This document shows positions 39,632 through 46,931 of a stretch of 46,931 nt of DNA, piece after piece. The DNA is from an uncultured Myxococcales bacterium (GTDB lineage: Bacteria; Myxococcota_A; UBA9160; SZUA-336), in contig CAZMKX010000001.1 in NCBI GenBank assembly GCA_964566375.1, forward strand, positions 1 to 46,931, written 5' to 3'. A model generated the notes under the pieces. The model saw only the letters and a program-made list of their open reading frames with translations. It was not told the DNA's origin and did no database searches. Each line of letters starts with the position of its first letter. The first letter of the stretch is position 1. A program made the position numbers and the translations under genes.

Positions 39632-40911
39632 TCGACCGTGCAGACGGCCTCGAAGTAGACGCCGGAGTCAACTTCATCGCCACACGCGATCAGGTCCACC
39701 GTGTTATCGGCGGGGGTAGACGTACCGTACTTCTTCGCGCTGCCGGCCACGCAGGCGGAGGCGAAGGCGGGAGAGTCCGCGCCGTCGTACGAGGATTCCG
39801 AGTACTGAAGGTTGCAAAGCTCTTCGGCTGTGGTCAGGCTTCCGCTATTCGCGACCGCTCCGATGACTGGACCGCGCGCCGTGGTCGAGGCCGTCGATGC
39901 GGTCACGCTGCGCGGAATCGCGCGGAGCGGCAGAACGATGTTGCTCGTCAGATTGTAGGCTCCTGTACCCGTGACGCTGATGTACTGCACCGACCCGCCC
40001 GAGGCGTCCGACTTCTCTCGAAACCGCAGGATCGAACCAGCGCCGGACGTCGATGGCAGGTAGGAGGTCGAGCCGATGATGGCTCCGCTGTCCGTGAACG
40101 TCGCGCCGTCTGCCGTCACCGGAAGCGCGCCCGTTCCGCTCCACGAGCCCGAGCTCGTCATGTTCGCGGTGAGGCTAGCCTCTGGCGTCCAGGTGTTCGA
40201 CGCGGTGCAGCGGCAGATTGCTCCGTTGAACGCCGTGGTGCAGTCGGTGTCGCTCGACGTGTCCTGCTCGAAAAAGATGTCCCCGACGGAGCACGTAGAC
40301 GGCGGGTCCGCGCCAGCGAACAGGAACACACCGCCGCCGCCATTCGACCCGGCCGCTGCGTTGCTCGTCGAGAGGTACGCCGCCGGGATGTTGACGTAGC
40401 CGTTGGTGTAGTCGTACTTGAAAATCGTGTCCGTGCCTGCCCCGCCGGTCCCCGTCTCGCGCATGAAGACGACGCCCTGCGCGTGCCCCGTCCCGCCAGC
40501 CCCCGCGAGCCGCAGCACGATGTCGTCATTACCATCGCCTTGCAGCAGATGCAGCTGGTTCGTGTCGCCGGTGCCGTTCTTGATCCAGAGCTTCCCGTAG
40601 CCCGTCGCCGTCGATGGCGCGCTCGAGGTCTCGGGGATGGCGAGCACCGATGCCGTCGACAGCACGCCGCTGACCACGTCTGGCGTGATCGTGCAGACGG
40701 TCTTTCCGCCGGCGTCAGCGCAGTTGATCGACGTGCCGACGAAGTTCAGGCTGGTGCGCGGTGTGAGCGGAGTCCCCTCGTTCTCGACGGTGTGCCCGCC
40801 GCTTCCGAGCGAGATCGGAACGCCACCGCCCTGGGCGAGCGCAAGAGACGGCACCAGCAGACCCGCCACGACGAGGACCGCGAGAAGTAGTCGAGTGCGC
40901 ATCGGCTTCAC
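39628..40911 (-). CDS. Fibre-like Cys/Gly/Thr/Ser-rich protein with N-terminal signal-peptide-like segment
   Basis: MKPMRTRLLLAVLVVAGLLVPSLALA / QGGG, then ...VENEGTPLTPRTSLNFVGTSINC..., a motif recalled from phage fibre proteins. 427 aa. Start is GTG 40911 or ATG 40902. Confidence 0.6.
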   Translation of the reverse strand: MKPMRTRLLLAVLVVAGLLVPSLALAQGGGVPISLGSGGHTVENEGTPLTPRTSLNFVGTSINCADAGGKTVCTITPDVVSGVLSTASVLAIPETSSAPSTATGYGKLWIKNGTGDTNQLHLLQGDGNDDIVLRLAGAGGTGHAQGVVFMRETGTGGAGTDTIFKYDYTNGYVNIPAAYLSTSNAAAGSNGGGGVFLFAGADPPSTCSVGDIFFEQDTSSDTDCTTAFNGAICRCTASNTWTPEASLTANMTSSGSWSGTGALPVTADGATFTDSGAIIGSTSYLPSTSGAGSILRFREKSDASGGSVQYISVTGTGAYNLTSNIVLPLRAIPRSVTASTASTTARGPVIGAVANSGSLTTAEELCNLQYSESSYDGADSPAFASACVAGSAKKYGTSTPADNTVDLIACGDEVDSGVYFEAVCTVE

Positions 40912-40912
40912 C

Positions 40913-41269
40913 TCACGAGTCCTTGAAGATCTGCTGCTGGGAGACCGCAGCGACGAGCACGCCGGACGTGACGTCGAGCGTGAACGATGCGAGGCCCGTC
41001 ACCGGATTCGTGAAGCGCCGTGCGTTCCACGTCGAGGTCTTGAAGAGCGTGCTCGCGGCGATCTCGACCTCGCGCGACGGGTACGGCCCGAAGTCGGAGT
41101 CGCGAGCGCTCGCCATCGTCAAGGTGATCGCCGACGCGGTGTTATTGTGGACCCAGATCGCAACCGAGCCGTCGTTCGCGAACGTGTGCCCCGCCGCGTC
41201 GGCCGCGACGAACAGCGGTCCGCTCGGCCCGAGGCTCTGCTCGAACTGGATCGCGAGATTGAGTGCCAA
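40913..41269 (-). CDS. Hypothetical structural-module protein (118 aa)
   Basis: TTG start with a GGGAGGAG SD 6 nt upstream. Lies between two fibre-like genes. Confidence 0.55.
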   Translation of the reverse strand: MALNLAIQFEQSLGPSGPLFVAADAAGHTFANDGSVAIWVHNNTASAITLTMASARDSDFGPYPSREVEIAASTLFKTSTWNARRFTNPVTGLASFTLDVTSGVLVAAVSQQQIFKDS

Positions 41270-41358
41270 GACGAACTCCTCCCGATGCCGCGCTCGCGCG
41301 CAGCGAATCGAGCTGCTTGTGCTGGTGGATTGGGACTACGTGCTCAGGCCGAAGGCCG

Positions 41359-42429
41359 TCAGGCGAAGGCGATGAACGTCACGGTCCACTTCGTCGGGTC
41401 GATGTCGCCAGTGTTTCCAACGCTTCCGCCCGACTTCTGAGGGATCTGATACACCGGGGTCCCGCTTGCGAAGCGCACGTTGATGTTCGTCGTGTCCGTA
41501 TAGATCGCGTGGCCGCGGTTCTGGTTCTCCGAGGACGCCACTCCTGATCCGATCTCGACCGTATCGCCAGCGGACCATGCGAGATCGGTCGACGTGCACG
41601 TCAGCCGCGCGATCACCAGCTTCGGTTTCACACCGAGGCCGTGCGCTAGCGTCAGCAAGCCGGCCGCCGTGATCGTCTGGGCGCTGCTCGTGTACGACTT
41701 CGAGAATGCGTTCGAGAACTGCGTGTCGTGTGTCGCGAGCGCCGTGCCAGCCGAATCGAGCACGGCCTCGACGTCCGAACCGGACAGCGGTGAGACCGCG
41801 CTCGCCACCGAAACGTCCGCTGCCGCCAGCACCGCCGCCAGCCAGGCGCTGCCGTTCGACCGGATCACGCGCCCGCTCGTGTGCGATAGTGCAGCGATCG
41901 CGGCCAGGTCTGCGTCGTAGGCCTGGACGTCGCTCCCGATCGAAAGCCCGAGAGTCGCGCGCTGCGCAGCGGCGTTCGCATCGTCGAGCAACGCCGCTGC
42001 CGCCGCGCCCAGCGTCACGAGCCCGACTTCATAGGCCGCCGTCTTGTTCAGCAACCCGTTCGACCCGCTCGCGAGCACCGTGATCAGCGAGTAGAGCTGC
42101 ATCGAGATCGGCGCCAGCCAGATCGTCTTCGTCCCCGCCCCCCAGTTCACTGGCACGCCGAAGCCGTCGCTGCTCTGGAAGATCGTGTCGCGCGAAACCG
42201 TGTCCGGCGTGCCAGCGGTCAGAATGCCGATCCCGACCTCGCGCTGCGCGCCCGTGCCGCGGCAGATGTAAGTCACCGGCCACGGACCGACGAGATCTCC
42301 GCTCACGTCCTGCATCGCCTCGACGAGCTCCGCGTAGCCGTCCGGAGGCGACGTCGGGCTGCTGTTCAGCGAGTAGGGCAGCGCATCGGTCTGCGTGTCC
42401 GTCGTCTGGAGTGCACGATCACCGAACAT
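41359..42429 (-). CDS. Tail fibre protein
   Basis: 356 aa. ...AAAALLDDANAAAQRATLGLSIGSDVQAYDADLAAIAAL... is a motif typical of phage fibre proteins. Beta-rich C-terminal domain. Confidence 0.7.
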   Translation of the reverse strand: MFGDRALQTTDTQTDALPYSLNSSPTSPPDGYAELVEAMQDVSGDLVGPWPVTYICRGTGAQREVGIGILTAGTPDTVSRDTIFQSSDGFGVPVNWGAGTKTIWLAPISMQLYSLITVLASGSNGLLNKTAAYEVGLVTLGAAAAALLDDANAAAQRATLGLSIGSDVQAYDADLAAIAALSHTSGRVIRSNGSAWLAAVLAAADVSVASAVSPLSGSDVEAVLDSAGTALATHDTQFSNAFSKSYTSSAQTITAAGLLTLAHGLGVKPKLVIARLTCTSTDLAWSAGDTVEIGSGVASSENQNRGHAIYTDTTNINVRFASGTPVYQIPQKSGGSVGNTGDIDPTKWTVTFIAFA

Positions 42430-43230
42430 TCACGGCAGCTCCATCTCCTCGAGCAGGTACGACTTCAACCACTGACTTCGCGTCACCGCCTCCGTCGGCT
42501 GGAGATCGGCGAACGTCGCGAAGATCGAGCGGTCCATGAATCGATTCGCATTCTCGGTGTCGAGCATCAGCAGCACATCGCGCGCGGTTCCCCGGAGACG
42601 CTCGATCGTCTCAGCCCCCTCGATGAACTCGTCCTCGCTGACCGTGCTGCGGATCGTGAACCCGACCTCGCGCCAGATCCCGTTGCTGAGCGCGTAGAGC
42701 TGACCACCGATCGACCGCACCCGGCGGACCGACTCGCTGAACGCGATCCGGCTGCCGAAGTCGAGGCCTCGCGGGAAGAACCACGGCGAGTCCATGAAGA
42801 GGCGGCCCGCCTCGTAGTAGACGCCGCCGTCGTTGTCGACGTCGATCTGCCAGTAGCGGTAGGCGACGGGCCCCTCGAGCAGCACGATCGCGTGCGTGCG
42901 CTCCCAGCTCGACAGGTCTCCGTTCCCAGGCCAGTGCCGAAGTTCGCCCGTATCGAGCGACGGCGCGCTGGTGATGTTCGCGAGCGTGTCAGTCGCGCGA
43001 ACCCGCACCGTCGCGTCTGCCGTCGCGTTCGTGTAGCCGAGCGCGACGCCGCGCACGGTCTTAGACGAACCGAGGTCGACGCTGATCGTGCACGTCGGAT
43101 CCGTTCGGTAGGTCTTCGTCGGCTGCATCGTGAGCAGGTTCGAGATCCCGAAGTCGTCGCCGAGCTCGGCCGTTCCGGTCAGCACCGCCGCGTCCGACTT
43201 GATCGGAGTCCACAGACAGGGGCGCCCCAC
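42430..43230 (-). CDS. Tail tip/baseplate-associated hypothetical protein (266 aa)
   Basis: GTG start 3 nt after the upstream stop. Position between the minor tail and fibre genes. No family named. Confidence 0.55.
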   Translation of the reverse strand: MGRPCLWTPIKSDAAVLTGTAELGDDFGISNLLTMQPTKTYRTDPTCTISVDLGSSKTVRGVALGYTNATADATVRVRATDTLANITSAPSLDTGELRHWPGNGDLSSWERTHAIVLLEGPVAYRYWQIDVDNDGGVYYEAGRLFMDSPWFFPRGLDFGSRIAFSESVRRVRSIGGQLYALSNGIWREVGFTIRSTVSEDEFIEGAETIERLRGTARDVLLMLDTENANRFMDRSIFATFADLQPTEAVTRSQWLKSYLLEEMELP

Positions 43231-43233
43231 CGA

Positions 43234-44877
43234 TCACCCCCACAGCTCGAAGTCGTTCGTCCTCTGGTGGCCGACCTCGGCCACCCCCACCGCGAGGAGG
43301 TTTCTGCCTCCCGAGAGATCGCTGTCGCCAGATACGACCTCGATCACCTCGCCCGGGGCTCGCTGCAGCACCGTCCGCTCGCGCGTCAGGCTGTAACGGC
43401 GTCGGCGCTTGCCGAGCATCGCGAGCGTCTCGTCCGCAAGGTCCTGCGCGTCGGCCTGGTCGACGTAGAGCGAATCGTGCGTGATCGCACGCGCGTCGGG
43501 ATGCAGCGTCTTGATCGAGGCGTCCTCGGCGATCGCGTAGCGGTACTGCGTCGAGAGCCTCAGGCGATCCGCGGCGGACACGCTACTGGCAAGCGAGTCG
43601 GCGTCCTGGACGAGGCACGTCTCGTCGTACCCGACCTTCACGCTCCACACGGGCGCGAGCTCGGTTCCCTCTGACAGCGACGAGATCTGCGCGTCGGTGA
43701 ACGTCGCGACGGGATCCTGATCCTCGGGCGCCGCGAAGCGACCGATCGCCAGCCGCGCGAGACGAGTGACGCGGTGCCAGCCGCGATCTCCATGCAGCAG
43801 GCGCTCGAGCGCGTCGGCGACCGTCTCCTCGTCGTCCGAGTGGAAGCCGACCTCGCGCAGCGGCTCGTAGTTCGCAAACGTGCCGCCGTCGAGCTCGGTC
43901 GGATCGACCACCTCACCCTTCCACGTCGCGATCCGCTTCGCGATCCCCGGCGTCGTGTCCACGTAGCCGCCCACGTTGTCACCGCGCACGTCCGCCGTCA
44001 CCTCGCCGTCCGGCGTCGCGCCGAGCCGGAACAGTCCGAGCGAGAGGCACGAGACCCAGTGGCCGGGAGCGACCGAGATGGTGATCAGACCGATGTAGCT
44101 CGCGACGTCGCGATCGAACGTGCCGACCGGCACGCCGCGGATCTTCACGGCGTCGATCGCGTGCACGCTGCGCTCGTGCACCTGGTAGACGAGGAAGGTC
44201 GGGTCGACGAGAAACGCCTTCCGGTTGCGGCGCCGGCCGAACGTGAGCGGCTTCTGCACGCCCGTCAGCTCGGCCGGCCCCTCACCGAGGCCAGCCCCGG
44301 AATACCGTGTGCTCTGAAGCGGACGGTCGAGCTTTCCGAGGCCCTCGCGCAGCCGGATGTGGATCCGGCCGCTCTCGGAGCTCACGCCGTCGACCGTGGC
44401 CCGCAGCGCGAGCCCGTACTCCGCATAGAGCAGCGTGCGCTCGTTCGCGCGCCCGCGGCCGAGCGTGCCACCCACCTTCACGTCGAACTGCCGCCCCTCG
44501 AACGACTTCGAGAGCAGGCTGTTCAGCGCTCCGTCCTCGTTCCGGATCTCGACGTCGCCGAACCCGATCGATCCCGTCGAGTCCTCGCCGTCGGGGAGCG
44601 GAATCCGCGACTCGTAGTTGAGCGGCGTCTCGAGCCGAGCGTCCCAGCTCGTGTGCTCGGGGGACTCCCCGTCGCCCGTCGTGAACCCGCGGTCCGAGAG
44701 CCGCAGCATCTCGCCGTCCGGATCGCCTTCGGTCCCGGGCGAGGTCTCAGCCAGGAACCGCAGATCGTTCTCGTCGTCGGCGAGCAGCGTCTCGAGCGCG
44801 CCGGCGACCGACAGCAGGTCCGCCGGGTCGATCGCCGCCATCGGCACGACGCCGACGGCATAGGCACCGGGATGCAC
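43234..44877 (-). CDS. Minor tail protein (547 aa) immediately downstream of tape measure
   Basis: GTG 44877 lies 7 nt after the tape measure stop. Size and position fit a distal tail/tip protein. No family named. Confidence 0.6.
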   Translation of the reverse strand: MHPGAYAVGVVPMAAIDPADLLSVAGALETLLADDENDLRFLAETSPGTEGDPDGEMLRLSDRGFTTGDGESPEHTSWDARLETPLNYESRIPLPDGEDSTGSIGFGDVEIRNEDGALNSLLSKSFEGRQFDVKVGGTLGRGRANERTLLYAEYGLALRATVDGVSSESGRIHIRLREGLGKLDRPLQSTRYSGAGLGEGPAELTGVQKPLTFGRRRNRKAFLVDPTFLVYQVHERSVHAIDAVKIRGVPVGTFDRDVASYIGLITISVAPGHWVSCLSLGLFRLGATPDGEVTADVRGDNVGGYVDTTPGIAKRIATWKGEVVDPTELDGGTFANYEPLREVGFHSDDEETVADALERLLHGDRGWHRVTRLARLAIGRFAAPEDQDPVATFTDAQISSLSEGTELAPVWSVKVGYDETCLVQDADSLASSVSAADRLRLSTQYRYAIAEDASIKTLHPDARAITHDSLYVDQADAQDLADETLAMLGKRRRRYSLTRERTVLQRAPGEVIEVVSGDSDLSGGRNLLAVGVAEVGHQRTNDFELWG

Positions 44878-44883
44878 CTGGCG

Positions 44884-46931
44884 CTACCTGCGCGCGCGCC
44901 GCGAGGCGAGCGCGGCCACCCGCGCGAGCTGCGCCTGCTGCCGGTCGAGACGGTCGCTGAAGCCGCGGAGCTCGATCAGCTGCGCACGGTTCCCGGCCTC
45001 GCGCTGCGCGTTGCCATCTTCGATCGCTGCCGCGAGGCTCGTGAAGTTCTGGGCCGCCTCGGCCTGCTGCGCGCGCGTCGAGATCGCGACGCGCTCACCA
45101 CCCGAGACCCGGAACAGCGGCACCACGTTGTCGCGCCCGGCACCGGGGACCGTGAAGCCGCCGCCCGTCGCGAAGCCCGGCAAGGCCTGCGTCGAGCCCG
45201 CCGGCAGCAGGTTCTCGAGCTGCCGCAGCACGAACTCGCGGCGCTGGAAGAACTGCTCCGTGCTCGCGAACACCTGCAGCGAGACCGTCAGCAGGTTCCG
45301 CGCTGCCTCGGCGATCTCGTCGAGCTGGCTGCGATCGCCGCCCTGCGCCTGCGCGACGAGGGTGCCGAAGCGCGACTCGGCCGCGGCGAGAACGTCCGTC
45401 GGCGAGAGCTGGCTCGCGAGCGTCGTCTTGAGATCCGTGAGCAGGTCCGTGATCGGCTTGTTCGCCTCGCGGGCGATCCGCTCGCGCTCGAGCTGCCCGA
45501 GGTAGGCGACGCGCGTCAGGTCCGCCTCGTAGTCAACGGCGTTACGTAGCCGCTCGGCCTGGATGCGCTCCTGCTCGCGCATGGCGAGCGCGCCCGGATC
45601 CAGCATCGCGAGGATCTGGTCCTCGATGGAGGTCGCGAAGCCTTCCTTCAGCTTCGCGATCGCCGCTGCGCGGCCTTCCTCTGCGCGCGCCATCTCGGCC
45701 GTCGTGAAGCCGAGCAGCTTCATCCGTTCGATCAAATCGTCGAAGTGGCGGTTGACGTCTCGAATCGACTTCGCCGCGTCGGAGAGCTGGTTCTCCCCGA
45801 GCACGTCGTCGAGCTCCTGAATGATGGCCGCGCGCTCCTCGAGGAATCCGAGCAGGCCGGACACGACCTCGTCGATGCTCTTCAGCTTGTCGGGGAGCGT
45901 CCCCAGGAAATCCGCGACCGCCTCGCTGTCGAACAGGCCCTCGAAGCTTGCCGCGAAGCGCGCCTTGAGCACCTTCACGATCTCGTTGTCGATGACGATC
46001 CCGCGACGGCTGAACTCGCTATCCGCGAGCGTCTCGCGAACGATCTGGCGCTGGCGTTCCGTGAGCAGTTCCGAGACGCGCTTGTCGAAGCTGACGAAGA
46101 ACTCTGTGATCGCCTCGGTCTGCTTGATCGGGATGTGCTCGCTGCCCTCGCGAGACAGACCGACGAAGCCGAACGGGCTCTCTCCACGGATGCCGTGCTG
46201 GAACTGCGTCGCGAGGTCCGCGACGCGCGTCGCCACCGAGACCGCTGCCTTCTCCGCGCCGATCAGGCTCGTGACGAGAATCGTGATCGGGTCGCCGGAG
46301 AGCGCGGCGATGCCCTGCCCCCAGCGGCGCGACGTGCTCGCGTTCTGCTGGAACTTCCCGAGCGTGTTCCCGAGGAACCCACCGAGCGCGCCGCCGATCG
46401 CACCGCCAGTGGCACCTGACCCAGCAAGCCACTGCCCGAGCACGGCGCCGAAGAGCGCGCCGACGCTACCGCCGAGCATCGTGTAGATACCGCTGCGCGA
46501 GCCAGCGAGCGGGCTGTTCACGTTGTTCGGGCGCATAGAAGACGCGATCGCGATCCCGCCGGCGATCCCAGTCAGGATCTTCGCGATGCCCTTGAGGCCG
46601 CCGATCGCCTGACCGATCTGACTCGACGTCGTCGTCGGATTCGTGTTCGGGTCGTCGTCGCCTGGGTCGAAGATCCCGCCGAGCCGCCGACCGATCCGGT
46701 CGAGGAAGCTCTGCTCGTCGGACTGGCCGCTCTGACTCTCGCCGCCGATCCCGAGCGCGCGGCCGACGAGGCCGCCGATCATGCCGCCACCCTTCTGGCC
46801 GGTGCCAGAACCGACGACGCTCGACATGAACTGTTTCGACAGCAGCTCCGCGATCGTTCGCTTGCCGAGCGTCAGCAGGTTGTTGAAGAACTTCTTCGCG
46901 CTCTTGAACCCGTCGTCGAACGCGTCGACGA
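44884..46931 (-). CDS. Tail tape measure protein, C-terminal part
   Basis: Track ORF 44884..46827 stays open upstream to the window end (...FFNNLLTLGKRTIAELLSKQFMSS...). Gly-rich and coiled-coil composition. Sits directly downstream of the G/GT chaperone once the circle is closed. Confidence 0.85.
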   Translation of the reverse strand, partial: VDAFDDGFKSAKKFFNNLLTLGKRTIAELLSKQFMSSVVGSGTGQKGGGMIGGLVGRALGIGGESQSGQSDEQSFLDRIGRRLGGIFDPGDDDPNTNPTTTSSQIGQAIGGLKGIAKILTGIAGGIAIASSMRPNNVNSPLAGSRSGIYTMLGGSVGALFGAVLGQWLAGSGATGGAIGGALGGFLGNTLGKFQQNASTSRRWGQGIAALSGDPITILVTSLIGAEKAAVSVATRVADLATQFQHGIRGESPFGFVGLSREGSEHIPIKQTEAITEFFVSFDKRVSELLTERQRQIVRETLADSEFSRRGIVIDNEIVKVLKARFAASFEGLFDSEAVADFLGTLPDKLKSIDEVVSGLLGFLEERAAIIQELDDVLGENQLSDAAKSIRDVNRHFDDLIERMKLLGFTTAEMARAEEGRAAAIAKLKEGFATSIEDQILAMLDPGALAMREQERIQAERLRNAVDYEADLTRVAYLGQLERERIAREANKPITDLLTDLKTTLASQLSPTDVLAAAESRFGTLVAQAQGGDRSQLDEIAEAARNLLTVSLQVFASTEQFFQRREFVLRQLENLLPAGSTQALPGFATGGGFTVPGAGRDNVVPLFRVSGGERVAISTRAQQAEAAQNFTSLAAAIEDGNAQREAGNRAQLIELRGFSDRLDRQQAQLARVAALASRRARR
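46877..46931. repeat. Terminal direct repeat, copy 2 (circular-assembly overlap)
   Basis: Identical to 1..55. It lies inside the tape measure reading frame, so it is an assembly overlap rather than a biological end. Confidence 0.95.

Larger units (their letters stand above)
1..46931. mobile_element. Complete temperate siphovirus-type phage genome, assembled as a circle
   Basis: Full set present: terminase, portal, capsid, tail, lysis, integrase/attP, repressor switch and recombination genes. Window ends overlap by 55 identical nt and a single gene reads through the junction in frame. Confidence 0.85.

Noticed and set aside
41359-42429. Diversity-generating retroelement targeting the fibre gene
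   Set aside because: No reverse transcriptase gene is present anywhere in the genome, and I found no template/variable repeat pair matching the fibre C-terminus.
43774-45549. 591-aa plus-strand ORF (and similar ones at 39589..40890, 33843..35192 N-terminal part, 24326..25825 N-terminal part)
   Set aside because: These are shadow or out-of-frame extensions of real genes in high-GC DNA. Only the C-terminal segments that follow a plausible SD and start, or a coupled start, show protein-like sequence.

Overview
The window is one complete, circularly closed genome (about 46.9 kb unique; the first 55 nt are identical to the last 55 nt) of a GC-rich temperate tailed phage of siphovirus type. All product calls come from motif recall on the translations; no searches were run. 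Three transcription blocks are visible. (1) A very long leftward block starts at a Cro/YdaS-like gene (21599) and runs through replication-type genes, an HNH nuclease, a DNA methyltransferase, tRNA-Pro and RusA. It continues into lambda-like packaging and head genes: Nu1-like TerS, GpA-like TerL, gpW-like, lambda-family portal and a protease-capsid fusion. It then runs through neck and tail genes: tail tube, G/GT chaperone with a G_GGA_AAA slippery site, and a tape measure gene that crosses the contig junction. After wrapping around the junction it continues through tail tip and fibre genes, a lysis region (GH108-type endolysin) and a distal accessory cassette ending at 33208. (2) A lower-GC repressor-like gene (21706..22227, +) is flanked by two clusters of 14-bp ATGCG-N4-CGCAT palindromes placed in the spacers of sigma70-like promoters. 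(3) A rightward block (22316..33134) holds small Cys-rich genes, a YqaJ exonuclease/RecT pair and an SMC-head-like ATPase. It also holds a DUF5131 gene interrupted in frame by an HNH module, a tyrosine integrase with an adjacent tRNA 3-prime fragment (attP candidate), and two post-attP genes. The most unusual points are four. First, the in-frame homing-endonuclease insertion. Second, a glycosyltransferase + SAM-methyltransferase + HNH island inside the head module. Third, a translationally coupled Mre11/SbcD-like phosphoesterase + SprT-like protease + guanylate kinase cassette. Fourth, a (CTG)6 poly-Cys repeat inside the DNA methyltransferase. Many long ORFs in the supplied track are GC-driven artefacts antisense to real genes.
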